Shown here: piece by piece, positions 37,050 to 62,410 of the stretch
Layout: the number at the start of each line of letters is the position of its first letter
Numbering within the stretch: the stretch's first letter is position 1
Assembly: GCA_964016885.1 (NCBI GenBank)
Contig: OZ024743.1
Location: forward strand, 120,218,001 to 120,282,000
Reading direction: 5' to 3'
DNA: 64,000 bases
Origin: Eledone cirrhosa
Taxonomy: Eukaryota
Notes under the pieces: model-generated
Databases searched by the model: none
What the model saw: only the letters and a program-made list of their open reading frames with translations
What the model was told of the DNA's origin: nothing
Translations under genes and position numbers: made by a program

Positions 37050-37989
37050 GTTGATGATATTCACCTCGAATATTTTGTTTTCAGAAGACTTTAAAATAAA
37101 TTATCCTCTTTCTTTACCATTCTATCTACATCGATTTACATGCTATTCATCAATATTTTCATCAAAATTAATTTCTCTTACAAAACAAATAAAAACTTAT
37201 AAAAAGGAAAGAAATGTTTTGTTACAATGGTTAAAAAAATAGCAATCAGATATTTAAAATTGTTCTTTGTGAATTATCTTTTACACCATGTTTCAACTGA
37301 TTTTTAGTTCTTTTTTGTCCACTTATTCCTGAGTGGGTTTTGAAGGCAGAGTCCTCAAACACTCCTTCTAGCAAGTCCTGTCAAAAGTAGCCCACCAATT
37401 GAGCCAGCCAGATCCCCAAGCGAGACAAGCTGAGCTCATGGATGTTATCCAACGATTTTGCTCAGGGTCTACTCCTAGGTCTCCTGCCAGTTGGTTTTGC
37501 CCATAAGATCTGTCCAGCAATCCTTTCCTGAGTCATTCTAACCACATACTTGTAATATCAAAGCTGTGATCTCCCAATTTGGAGAAGTAATGGCTCTACC
37601 TGGAGTCAACCCCATTTCAGCCGCTTGTATGATGACTGTAGGTAAGGGTTGACACAAATACTGAATTGAAGATCTTTAATTGAGAGATACATCATCATCA
37701 TTTCATGTCTGCATTTCCATGCTAGCATGGGTTGGACATGTTATCACAGTCTGAGTCAGTTGTTTTTTAAGTTGTTGCCCTCTTAGACAGGTTAGGGAGC
37801 ATGTGGAGAGATCTGATGTAACCCCTTGCTACATAGGCATGGATGCTGTAGAAACTATGCCAAAAATGGAACATACAAGTGAGATATTGTCCCTAACCAA
37901 CCAAAGAAGGCAATAACTCTAAATATAAACCGACTCAGACCATGAGAACTCATCCAATCCATGCAAGCATGGAAAGTAAATGAAGATGA

Positions 37990-38750
37990 TGCATGTTATT
38001 ATGAGAGGTTATTAATGGAGATTGTATTAGAGGAAGAGATCCTACAGGGGTATAAGCTTTTGGGGCTGATATATTTTTTGGTCAGAGATTATTAAGGATA
38101 TGAAGAAGAGAAAAATACTGGGATAGTCGCTGAAATACTGAAACTATCTGGCAAAGTATGTCTTAAGCTAGTCACTTTCATAGCCAACCAGGTTATATAT
38201 GATGATATTATACCTGATGACTGGTGTAACAGTATAATCATTACTTAATACAAAGGAAAAGGTTATACTCTATGAAGGAGCAACTACAAAGTCATCAAAC
38301 TAATGGAACAAGTTATGAAAGCAACAGAGTTTTAGTACAACTCATTAGGAATAGAATTAAATTAGATGAGATGAAGTTTGGATTTGTGCCAGGAAGGAGC
38401 ACTGTAGACGTTTTCTTTTTAATGAGGCAATTGCAGGGGATATTCCTAGATGAGAACAACCTCTTGTGTTGGGGACATGATTAAGTACACACTGTAAAGT
38501 GGTTAGTAATAGGAAGGGCTGTAGAAAACTTTTCAAACAATGAGTCAAGAGAACCCTTCAGTTTTGTTAAAGATCTGACAAACTCCCTAATGCAGGTGAC
38601 ATGGTAAACTGCATCCATTACATTCTGTACAATGCAGGAAGATAATGTGAGGTGTGGTCTCGTGGTCAGTAGTTCCAAATAAGCACTGACTTGGTTTGTG
38701 ACAATCCATCCAACCCTTGTTAGCAGGGAAAATGAATGTTAAATTATATA
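37990..38750 (+). mobile_element. old RTE RT fragment
   Basis: GIVAEILK, LIRNRIKLDEMKFGFVPGRSTVD and an RTE-type tail. Confidence 0.75.
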
Positions 38751-39094
38751 TATAAACTAAATTTGTTTTCGCTCTAACATGGATATGAAAATGCATTTGT
38801 GAGTTTTATATTGAATAATGATAATAATATTTGATTCGTTTGCAAGCAAACAGTCTCATGACGCTGTGTTTTTAGACGACTTTCATCATCCTTTTGTTCA
38901 GCATGGCCTTAGCCGGATGGCTGGAATAGGTAAAAGAGTATATATATACATAATATATAACAAAGAGAGAGAGAGTGAGAGAAATATGTAATATCCCTCA
39001 TGTGATTTTACATATATCTATACCCACTCTGCATTTCCCCATGCATTGAGTACTCCCATGATTAGTGGTCCCTCTGGTCTCAGCACTGCAACCC

Positions 39095-39125
<31 letters not shown>

Positions 39126-39365
39126 CACACACACAGACAGACAAATTTCTGTTTATTTGTCACTAGGGCACAAAAGAAAGGGACATGTACATGGGTGGGG
39201 GGAGTTTACATAAAAATCGAGTAAGAAAAATATAACAAACAAAATAGTAACAAGAAGGTCCTCAATAGGGAGGGATCGTTTTGGGGTCACACACACCCGA
39301 AAAAAAGTGTGTGACCCTTCTTCACGGGAGCACAAAGAGAGGGTGCTCCCTTCTTCCTGTTCCAC

Positions 39366-42300
39366 CTACAGGCTGAGGTAGAGAGAAGGCCCATTCACAC
39401 GGGCCATTCTCGCAACTTTCATCCACCTTTCATAAAACTGGCTGGAGTGGAGCACCTCTCTCTCCATCCTGATCCTTCTTCCGAAATGGTATCGGAAGAA
39501 AAGGACCAGTTGTTGGCCGGAGAGAAAGGTGTCCGACCTCAGCCCTTTCAGACGCGTCCACCATATAACCTCTTTTACCATGGCTATTACACAGAGGAAG
39601 ACCGCCTCTCCTTCATTTTTGAAGGGGGGAGGCGGCTTGATCGTTACAATGGACTCGGTGGTCAACCTAATTGGTCCCACCCGTAACAGCAGTTGTTCGA
39701 CATAGCCCCACAGATCGGCAACGCCCGGGCAGTGCACCAATGCGTGCGCGACGGTTTCCTCGTCGCGCACGCATCTGGGACAGATCTTTTTCGAGGGCTC
39801 CCTACCCGGGCGCCCGTGTCTGTAGAGCTTACCCCGAATGGGCAGAGCCCCTCGGTAGCACTGCCAGGCCAAGGACTTCTGGAAGTTGTCCATAGGTCCC
39901 GGGTCGAAAGTCCTACCAAATAGACTGGCCAGTTCGTCCTCCTCCATGCCTAGGGTTTCTCCGAGGGCGTCGTCGCACCCGCTAACCACCAGTTGCCCAG
40001 TTTTCTCGGTCTTTGCTTCACCCAGGACTGCAGCTCGGTGAGCGAGACGAGCCTCGGGAAGGCTCGCCTCACAAACGGGGCCCACACCGGTTGACCGGTG
40101 AGGAATACCTGGAGGTGCCTTAGCCTCAATGCGTGTTTACGCATTTTTAGCCACGGCATCCCCAGCCCTCCTTTCAAAGGGTGTTGACAGCAGATGGATC
40201 TCCTCACCAGAGGAGACCTCTTCTTCCAAAGGAAATAAAAGAGGGCACGCTCCATTTTGGCGAGGATCTCACCCGGGCAAGGCACGACAGTCAAGCGGTA
40301 GTAGATGACGGACGCTATGTAAGCGTTCGCCACCTCCGCCCGACCTTTCAGGGATAGTTTGCACTCGGCCCACTTCTGGGTCAGTGCAAACACCCTATTC
40401 GTCACCTCACCCCAGTTTTTCTCCACCTGGAGGTCTGGTCCGAACCAGACCCCAAGCAACTTCACCGGGCCCTCCGTCCACCGTCCGACGATACCGTCGC
40501 ACGCCATCGCTTTGCCCCTCCACTCGCCGAGTTGCAAAGCGACTGACTTGTCCCGGTTCAGCTTAGCCCCTGTCAACCTTTCGTACTCCTCCAGTAAGGT
40601 GCTGATTGCCTCGATTTCCGAGGTGGTCGACACCATTACTGTTACGTCATCGGCGTAGGCCGACACCGCTTTGCGCAATCCCGGTTCCAAAGGGATGCCC
40701 TGCAACAACTCCAACTTCCGCAGTAGTGGCTCGAGAGCCAATACATACAGAAGGGAGGAGAGAGGGCACCCCTGTCGGATGGAGCGGGTGATTTCGAACG
40801 GCTCCGAAAGGTAGCCGTTCACCTTAACTCTAGAGCAGATGCGGCTGCTGTGCATGGCAGTGATCCAGCCCCTGAAAACGGGTCCGAACCCAGCCGCCGC
40901 TAGCACCGCATCCAGGTAACCATGGTCCACCCTATCGAACGCTTTAGACTGATCTAAATTTATCAGGGCCCCACCAAAGCCGGGTTCGTTCCCAACCCTC
41001 TCTATGATGTATCGCATGAGGTGGAGGTTGTCGTGGATGGACCTGGACGGGATAGCGCATGTCTGCGCATCTCCCACCAGGCCCCCCACGACAAGCGCCA
41101 ACCTCTTCGCTAACACCTTGGCCAAAATCTTTAACTTTGCATTTAGCAGAGTTATGGGCCTAAAATTACTAATGTCATCCCCCTTGTTCTCGTCCTTCCT
41201 CACTAGTGAGACTACGCCCTTGGTCACAGAACAGGGAATTCTCCCGTTCTGTTGCCAGTTGCAGTAGACCGCCTCGAGGAGATCGGGGAACAAGTCCGGC
41301 ATATTAATATATAGTTCGTAGGGCAGACCATCGAGCCCTGGAGATTTGCGTTTGCCGGATAGGCTCAGCACGTCCCCTATATCAGCAGCTGAGATCGGCC
41401 CGTCGCAGGACCTCGCCTCCTTGTCCGAAAGACGCGGCAGGCCGTCGAGGTATGGACCGAAATCCACATCCCCAACTGGCCCCCCGCCCCTCCCGAACAA
41501 TCGGGCAAAGTGCCTTTGAAAGGCCTCGCACATTTGCTTTGGTTCAAGGATCAACCGTCCATCCTGGTCTCGCAAAGACCGGATAGTGGATTTAATCCCA
41601 CTTTTCGCTTCTGTCACGCGGGCCCAGCTAACAGCTTTGGTCCCCTCATTTCCCAGAGCACATATGTTGCTTCGGACAACGCAGCCTTCGTGTTTCACGT
41701 CGAAGAACTGGTTCAAGACCGTTCTCGACGCTTGCACTCTGGCCACGTTGCCGCTTCTCATTGCCTCTTCAACATTAACTACCAACTCCCTTTCCTTCCT
41801 ATTTCTATCTGAGGCTAACTCCTTACTAACTCCTATTGAAACTACTCTAATCTCTCTTTTTAGAGAGCCCCACCACCTGTTGTTGACGATGGCGCCCGTC
41901 AACCGCTCCTTAACTAAGGTTCTAATCCGGTCCCTGTAAGCTCTACTTGCCGGTAAGGACAAGTTGAGCTTCCAGTAACCGGGTCCCTGCCTATGCGTTC
42001 TATCAAGGTGGACTACGCAGGTCACTAACTTGTGGTCTGAATAGCCCACCATGAGCATTTCTGGACAACTTAAAAAGTCCTTATCCTTAATTCTAACTAA
42101 GAACCTATCTAGGTACGATTTAGATTGACCACTATTATTTGACCAAGTCCAGGTTGGCACAATCGGAAAATCTAGCCGGTATCTATCGGCCAGGTCAAAT
42201 CGGCCGATTAACCCCTTAAGGCTGTTACACCCCCCCTCTATCGGGACATGCCCCTACATAGTCCCAACGTACATCTAGGATACCATTCCAGTCCCCCACT

Positions 42301-42695
42301 AAAAGCAAGGAGCGGGACGTCCCTAGAAGAGTCTCCAGACGATGGAAGAAGTCCGACCGCATTGCCTCAAAAGGGGCGTATACGGCGACAAGCCTAAAAG
42401 CTTCGCCTTCACCATTGCCAAGGTCCAGAACCACGAGTCGACCCTCCGGGTCCAAGTGTACCGTCTGTTTTTGCAGCAGAACGACAACCCCACCCCCACC
42501 TCCGGGCTGACAGAGAGATGCGTGCATCTCAAAGTCATCAAAGGTGGGGGTAAGCTGTCGCATGCTGCTGATCCAGGCCTCGCAAATAACCATCACATTT
42601 ATACATTGTGACCTGAGGTCACTTAGAAGTTTAGCTTGCTTCCAAGGTGAGCCCAGGCCACGCGCATTTAGACAACCTAGTCTTAACACAGCCAT
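39366..42695 (-). pseudogene. Tx1 ORF2 (APE endonuclease-RT-zinc finger), two frameshifts
   Basis: Split into ORFs 42225-42695, 39950-42160 and 39366-40085. Confidence 0.88.
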
Positions 42696-44487
42696 GTTGG
42701 TGGCAAAGAAAGAGGCACTTACCTCTCTGCGTCCCGGGGTTCGGGCCGCTCAGTTTCCATGGGGCTGGTGGATGGGTTGATGGGTGGGGTGGTGGTTTGT
42801 GGTGGTGTGGGGTATTAGTGTGTGGAGGGGTTGGGGTGTTTGGAGTTGTGTGGGTGTTTGAGGACGGGAGGGGAAAACCTTTCAGGAGGACGCGGTTGAG
42901 TGGCCTGGTGCAGGGTGGGCCCACGTCCTCAGGGTAAATGTCTTTCAAAGTTTTGAAAATGTCAAGTGGGACTTTCACCATTTTCAGGTTAGGGAGTCCC
43001 ATTGCCGTTACAAAATTCGGCCCTTCGGTTTGTATCGAAGGGTTGTTTTCTATTTTTTCAGTTAGGTTTTTATTGTTTTTGTTTATGTATGTGTAGAGTT
43101 TTTGTGTTGTGTTTGTTTTTGCTTGTTGTTCTTGAGTGAGTTTGCGTTTTGTTGTCTGTGTTGTGTTGTCAGGTGGGGTTATTTTTGTTTGTGTGGTGTG
43201 TGTACGTTTTTTTCTTTTCACTTTTTGGAAGGGAGCCCCCTCGTCTTCCGACGATATGAGCTCCTCCTCCGTATTGGAGGGGAGGGGTATATCTCCGGGT
43301 TGTGTATGAACTGCGTGTGTTTTTGTATTTGTGTTCTGTGGGGTGGGGCTGGGTAGGACCGTGTTTTGGGTTGTTTTCTTGAGCTGTTGATGTTGTTGTT
43401 GTGGTGGTGGTGGTGGTGGTGGTGTTGTTGGTTTTTGTTGTCGTTGTGGTGGTGATGGTAGTGTATTTTGTTGTTTTTGTGATGGTGGTGCTGGTTGTTT
43501 TTGTTGTTGTTGTGGTGTTTGTAGCAGTGGTTTTTTTGTTGTTAGTAGAGGGCAGGCCGTCCTCAGGTGACCTCTGCCAGCGCAGTGGTAACATGAGGGT
43601 CTCCTGCCTTCCACTGTGATATTTATGAAGGTTCGCCCATCCAGTAGGACTCGGTTGGGTATTCCGGAGATTCTCTCAGGTGTCATCTGTAAGAGAACCT
43701 CCAGACTTTTCCCCCCGAACAGTCCACTGGTGGACTCCCCTGCTGAAATAAGGATGTCCTTTTCTAGGTCCGTAAATCCTGTTAGGACGGACCAGATGTT
43801 AACTTCTGGCATTGGGCTCCACATTCTTATTCTTTGTGTTCTTCTTCCTTTATATGTGGGGAAGAAGGTGTATTGTGGTGACACTATAGGTGCCACCGAA
43901 TATTTTTGAGCCAGCATTTCGTCCTTCATTCGGACCATAATGCTGGCATACAGCTTTCCTCTTTCAATAAAGAGTATGTCCTTTTTAATGTCTTTCAGAA
44001 CCAGCTCAATTTGACTTTCTGTCAATTGAGCTGGCTTTCTTGTTGCGTTGGTTATAGTCATGTAGGTTATGGTATTCCTATATACCTGTTGACGAACTTC
44101 TTCTGGGGAGTTGATCGTAAAAGAACCATCCTCCCCAAAAGATACGTATTTTCTGGCATCTAGCAAATTTTGCTTAGCGTCAGTTATATCTATGGGCTTG
44201 TATTCAATAGCTTTCCTGACCGTTTGGGCAAAAGAAATTTTGTTGTCTTTGTTGCTTGTTGTTGTAATGTTGTTGGTTTCATTATTTGTGGTGTTATTTT
44301 TTTCTTCAAAATTTAGGTTTTCATTCGAATTAATATTCTTTTTTTTTCCATTGGAGAGGAGGGGCTGTTCAACAGTTTGAATTGTTGTTCCCTCTTTCCC
44401 GCTTATTTTTTTGGTAGGCGTGGCGTTAGCTTCCAATATGGCGATATCGTTTTCGACGATATCGTTTTCAACAATATCGATAAACAT
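42631..44487 (-). CDS. Tx1 ORF1 protein (zinc knuckle, P/Q/T-rich), 618 aa
   Basis: Intact ORF upstream of ORF2; CYHCAGRGHLRTAC = CX2CX4HX4C. Confidence 0.85.
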   Translation of the reverse strand: MFIDIVENDIVENDIAILEANATPTKKISGKEGTTIQTVEQPLLSNGKKKNINSNENLNFEEKNNTTNNETNNITTTSNKDNKISFAQTVRKAIEYKPIDITDAKQNLLDARKYVSFGEDGSFTINSPEEVRQQVYRNTITYMTITNATRKPAQLTESQIELVLKDIKKDILFIERGKLYASIMVRMKDEMLAQKYSVAPIVSPQYTFFPTYKGRRTQRIRMWSPMPEVNIWSVLTGFTDLEKDILISAGESTSGLFGGKSLEVLLQMTPERISGIPNRVLLDGRTFINITVEGRRPSCYHCAGRGHLRTACPLLTTKKPLLQTPQQQQKQPAPPSQKQQNTLPSPPQRQQKPTTPPPPPPPQQQHQQLKKTTQNTVLPSPTPQNTNTKTHAVHTQPGDIPLPSNTEEELISSEDEGAPFQKVKRKKRTHTTQTKITPPDNTTQTTKRKLTQEQQAKTNTTQKLYTYINKNNKNLTEKIENNPSIQTEGPNFVTAMGLPNLKMVKVPLDIFKTLKDIYPEDVGPPCTRPLNRVLLKGFPLPSSNTHTTPNTPTPPHTNTPHHHKPPPHPSTHPPAPWKLSGPNPGTQRGKCLFLCHQHGCVKTRLSKCAWPGLTLEAS

Positions 44488-45307
44488 TTCTGAATTAAAT
44501 ATTTTTCACCCCAAAAGGGGTGAAAATATATTTACCCTGCGTCTACAGTCCCAGACTAGGGGTTAGAGTCAATAATAAAAAACAATTCAAATAATGCACT
44601 CACAAATATTCCAGGTAAAAATTCCAAATCGAAGAGCCGATATGAAAGACGTCTACTATCCTCAGACAGACAGACAGAGAGAGAGAGAGAGAGAGTCAGT
44701 GATTCATTGCTACAGAACAAACTTTGACAAAGATGCATATAAAGTATATCTGATCTTTCAGATGTGTTTCATTCATGAAGATTCAAATGGGTGTGTCTGG
44801 TGAAGCCACACCTAGGGTTCATTGGTGGGAATTATAGATTTTAGCCGTGTCGGTGAGTGATTAGTAGTATGGAGTATAACTTGTTAGCTCATATGACAAG
44901 GACAATAACTAAGTATCTATTGGTAGAAATCATGCTCTCTAAACTATCCTCTGCCTCTTGGTCACAGCTGACGGGATGGAGAAAACATTGCCCTGGAGGA
45001 CGGCGAGGGGAAACACGCTGGAACATCCACTCCATATCGCATCTGCAGCCACACCTTATTGGTCAAAGTATGTCGACCCTGTTGGAATCTATGACAGACT
45101 TCACATGCAGTCTTTAGTCATCGACAAGGGAGGCTACTCTGTGCCGTTTGTATTTTGGAAGAGTGACCAGCTTGAAATTGTCTAAAAGTAATGCTTACCT
45201 GTGGTGACAATTGGATAACTCAGATTTTCAATTAAGGGATCTTGTGGACTTTTTATGTCTGGAATTCTTCAGTTATGCAACTAATATTAATATGAAGTAG
45301 ATCTGTT

Positions 45308-45580
45308 AATAATTGTTTCTATTTTTGGCACAAGACCAGCAATTACCCCAGAGTATTACTGGTGCTTTATTTTATCGATGCTGTAAGGATGAATGACAAA
45401 GTTAATCTCAGGCGGGATTTGAACTCAGAACGCAAAGAGCCATAACTCTATGCTGCAAAACATGATGTCTGATGCTCTACTGATACTGCCAATCCACCAC
45501 TCTTTAGATCTGTTAATAATTGTTTCTACTTTTTGGCACAAGGCCAACAATTATCCCAGTGTATTACTGGTACTTTAATA
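45308..45580 (-). mobile_element. older tRNA-derived SINE inserted at the tail of another copy
   Basis: Direct repeat tagatctgttaataattgtttcta near 45298 and 45505. Confidence 0.8.
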
Positions 45581-45599
45581 ATATTCCAAGATATTGCAG

Positions 45600-47270
45600 G
45601 GCAGTGATGAGCTTGGTTGCTGAGCTTTCAGATAAATTGGAACAAGGAAGAGTTTTTCCTATACTTAGATCCAAAGGAGTGCAAACATTAGTTGTAATAT
45701 TCCCTGAAGTTGTGAACCCTGTATAGTTCCTCTGTATATTATCAGGTTGTTTAAATAATGCTCAGTCTACTACTTCATTGGAGAGATCCAATTTGGATAA
45801 GTAGATTGAGTTTGATAGTTACAAGCTATTGTGTAGCTGTTTATTGGAAGCAATATTGACTAGACAAAAATAGCTAACTTTCTGTACATTAAAATGCTTA
45901 TGGTATCTCTGTTGGAAAGTGGTGCCTTATAAAGGACAAGAAATTCTTGGTTAATAGAGATGTTAGAAATATGAAGGGGAAATTAAACTAGATTACTTTT
46001 TCTTCCTAACCCTCCTTTGATCTGGGGGTGGAGAGTATCCTCTGGGCAAACTAGTTTCTCCTGGTTAGTGCTTTATTATAAAAGGAGACTTTCTATTATA
46101 CTAATTATCAAGTTTCTAATTATAGCTGGGGCACAATCTGAGTTTTTTGGATAAATAGTCTCCTTGTTTAGATTCCTATAAGAGTGGTGTTTACTCGTTT
46201 TAAGATCTAATGTGATATCTAGGAAGTTAATTATTCTTAGATATTAATGGTTATATCTAAACCATACTCCTTGCCTGAATCAGTCCATAATGGGGCCATT
46301 TATATTGTATAACATTGAGTATGATCGCTTCTAGAAATGTCAAACTCACAAGATCAGCAACCTATGCTCCATTATAGCTCTCTATGGAGACATCAAACAG
46401 TGATTTATGTCTATTTTTGACACACTGTGAAACATAGTATAAGGACTTTCTGGCATTTATCTCTATTTTAATGTCCAGATTGCTAATCATAGTGAATTGT
46501 TTAGAGAAGTCCGGGCTTTCAGGAGGGATTTTGATAGAGATAAAGAATTTGCAGACTACTTTATTTTCAAAGCCATGGAAGTACTTTTATGTTAATAGTG
46601 TCAAGGATGTGCTTACTATTTGCAATTCACATTTGGAGGTGGGTAGGGCTGATAAACAAATATTTGAGGATTAGAGAGAGAATTGATTTTGTGATCCTTA
46701 AAGGGGACACAGGGCAAGGTGGTTTAGTGTATACAGTATTGTATATTGAAGGGTTGTATCTTTTCATATTGTTTGTAAGGAGCCTCGTGTATGCTGCACT
46801 GCTTAGTTTGTATGTATCCGTTGTTTGACAAAGCAAAAACTCTATACACATGTAAGTGTAAGAGTGCTAAGGATGCCATAGACTTGTTTATTGTGTTTAG
46901 GAAGGTACTGGTGTTAAGTCAAAATGTTAGCTTGTTTATCAAGTTAATGAGATTAGATTTAGTGTTCAAGGTCCTAGATTTAGGGGGATAATTTTCGCAT
47001 TTTAAATCCATTTGTACATGTTTACAGGTATTCTAGTAATCCATTGCTGGTACAAAGATTTGTAGTGCAACTGCTTGATTTAGGCTTTCCATTTTCCTGA
47101 TAAAGTATATAGTATAGAGTTTCTTGGATTGTATTTCTATGTGCTTCAGAAAATGGAGAATGGGGTGTTATTCCACATTTAACTGTTATTTTTTAGTCAG
47201 TGAATAGGGCTCAAAAAAATTGTACAAAAGAAAGAGTATTCAAGGAAAACTACTTAGCCAGGGCATTTAT
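45600..47270 (-). mobile_element. highly decayed Penelope-like RT element
   Basis: Reverse strand LFDVSIESYNGA*VADLV (compare PLE FDVTMGSYDGAEVCELV) near 46350-46400 and NFLDITLDL near 46200-46230. Boundaries uncertain. Confidence 0.6.
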
Positions 47271-47308
47271 TCATCGACGGGGACACTCTGTAATGATTTT
47301 ATTAGAAA

Positions 47309-48180
47309 CTAGCAGTGGTACCTGGCGTTGCACGGGATAAGGTATTTTGGAACGCGGGCCGCCAACAGACCTAATCGTGGAAAAACTGCATGCCTGGACA
47401 ATATGTAAAGAAAATAAACCGAATACTCTGATGGCTAGATAATCTTTAAGATTTTCCTCGATGAAGCAGGAAAAATGCACGTTTTCACCTAATGGGATGA
47501 AGAAAATAATTTTTTTTTTATGTGCATAATATGCCTTGAAATTTCGGGAAAAGCGGTTAGACGTAACGTCTCCAAAAGGCCCTAAAAAGCTGAAAAAATG
47601 AAGTTTTTCACCTAATGCGGGCCCTAGGCCATAAAAAAGTTGGATTTTCTCTGCTCACAGTATGAAGAAGAGACTGACTAATACATAGTTACAATTTCAA
47701 GGAAATCGGTCTGACGTAACGCCTCAAATAACCCATAAAAACCTGAAAAAAACGCAGTTTTTCATCTCATGTGGGCCCCAGGAGATAAAAAAATAGAATT
47801 TGTATATGCGCTTAACACTCCCTGAAACATAATACACATGTAAAGTTTGAAAAGAATCGGTTGGGTACTTCTCAAGTTTTAGAGATTCAAACTCACACAC
47901 ACACAGACATCCTCAGGGAAGTGACGTAATGCATACAGACAGATATTATAAGTATGTATCTATCTAAAAAGAGAAAGGCTAAGAATTATAGAGAGAGATC
48001 GTTAAATCGCCTAATGCCGTCCCTAGGGCATTGAAATTTTGAAAATTTTTTTGCTCAGAACATTCCCTGAAACAAGTATTACATGTGTAAAGTTTGAAAA
48101 CAGTCGGTTGGGTGCTTCTCTAGTTTTAGGGATTCAAACTCACATACACAGACAGACATCCTCAGTTTTATATATACAGA
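47309..48180 (-). mobile_element. non-autonomous Helitron
   Basis: Minus strand A|TCTGTATATATAAAA ... CCCGTGCAACGCCAGG hairpin ... CTAG|T; no TSD; internal duplicated blocks. Confidence 0.8.
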
Positions 48181-48813
48181 TATTGTAACAAAAAGAGTGA
48201 AACAAATATAGTGTATACATATATATATATTTATGTTAGACAATCATTTTGAAGCAGTGTTTAATGATTAAAGAAATCAAATAGATTATAGATCTACAAA
48301 ACTAATTTATTTCAGTGTAAAATATACCACATTCATAGTTTAATTGAATTATTAGGTTACAGAGATTCCTTTGGACTTCATTCTTTCTTTATACATACAT
48401 ACAATAGAATATGTAAAAATTCCCGTACATGCATAACATTAGAAATAGGTATCAGTTTTTTAGTGAATGTTACCAGTAGTAGACAGACATCCTATCCATG
48501 GAAAACCGATTTCTCATTCACTTAAAACAGCATTTACAAGCAGTGAGAACCCTTAAAACCACATTTTCTCTTTGCTAACCATTACCTTATATGCTGTACA
48601 AATAATTGAAAAAATAAAAAAATTTCAGAAAAGTTTTTTTTATTATCAAGCAATATTATAAAATAAGAATTTGTATAAGAAATGTCTTTCATTAAGTTTT
48701 TGAATAGTGGTAGTATAAATTAGCACCACTAGTAACTCCTGTTCCCACTGCAACTGGATGATAACCAATGATTTGAAGATATTAGTGATGCTATGAATTT
48801 CATCATGTATTTT

Positions 48814-61285
<12,472 letters not shown>

Positions 61286-61329
61286 CTATATATAAGAAGT
61301 ATAAATGATTACAAAAAAGTTAAGTAAAT

Positions 61330-62300
61330 AAAACGCGCCAGTCTCTTGTACCCGGAAGCGGTGTCAGGCATGCTTATGTTACTATAGTAGTAATATTCCC
61401 CAATGGAATACTGGCATACGAATGTTCTTGTTGGAGAGTACATCGAAACTATGTTACTTTGGGATTAAAAGCCAAACAAAGATTTACGTTGTGAAATTCT
61501 GGTCGTGACAAAAGAAAAACCTTGAAAGATAAAACGAAAATATTTACGCAACTGAAATATATTTTAACAGACCAACGCAACGAGATATCGAAGTACGGCT
61601 TTCAACATTTAGCCTACACGTACTCATACAATGCATTCCAATCCCTTACTTCTGTCGTTCCGATCCCTTACTTCTGTCGTAGAGCTAACAAAGAGATGAA
61701 CACTATCTTTAATTAAGAAGAAAGAACGTTAAACCGGCGGTGTTTCAGAATAAGCGCACCATATAATCAGTATTTAGTTACGGCTGTTAACGTTATGATT
61801 TGAAATCTTGTTGAGGTTTCCTCATTTTTCTAGGGTCGATAAAATAAAGAAAAAGTCAAATAGTGAGGTTGAAATAAGTGACTTACTCTCTCAGCCCCCA
61901 ATATTTAGCATTGGAGAAATGTAGAAAATTAAAAAAAATTAAAATTCAGTAAGGAAAATAACTTTTGAATAAATTTTGTAAGAGTTATTTCCCATGGATT
62001 CTTACTTTATAACGACTAGCAGAAAAACCACCCTTTCGGTGATTTTCTGCTAGCATATGTATTGTGTATATTGATATTATACACAAATATATATGCATGT
62101 AAATATACATCAAATAAAATCGTAATTGAATACAGAAATTGAACAAAGCCTATGTTACACTGTCTTCTGTAATCAGTAATCCATGATATATTAAAAAAAA
62201 CACGACATTATATATAAACTGTATTAGGAGAAAATTAGCGACGGAAATATATGCGATTATAAGTGTTATAATATAACGGCCGCTAACCGGAAGTGTTGAC
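61330..62300. promoter_or_regulatory. probable promoter region of the SREK1IP1-like gene, possibly bidirectional
   Basis: CpG-enriched unique DNA just upstream of the ATG; ETS-type CCGGAAG at 61352-61358 and ACCGGAAGTG at 62286-62295. Confidence 0.5.
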
Positions 62301-62410
62301 ATTTGATAATTTTAAAGAATTGAATTTTAAAGATCTTTAAATAAGCTATAAAATATATTTAATCAACAGCCACGAAATTTAGCACATAAATTATGCAATA
62401 TTCATTCATT

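Larger units (their letters stand above)
39144..44662 (-). mobile_element. full-length Tx1 (L1-clade) non-LTR retrotransposon
   Basis: ORF1 with CCHC knuckle, then ORF2 with APE (LNARGL, GDWN, SDH), GPGYWKLN, RT (KSPGLDG, RQGCPLS, YADD), GGLG and CX2C..H...C. Candidate 10-bp TSD cagacagaca at 39134-39143 and 44663-44672. Confidence 0.92.

Noticed and set aside
43102-43619. Poly-Val/poly-Thr ORFs
   Set aside because: Other frames of the CAA/CCA-rich low-complexity part of Tx1 ORF1.
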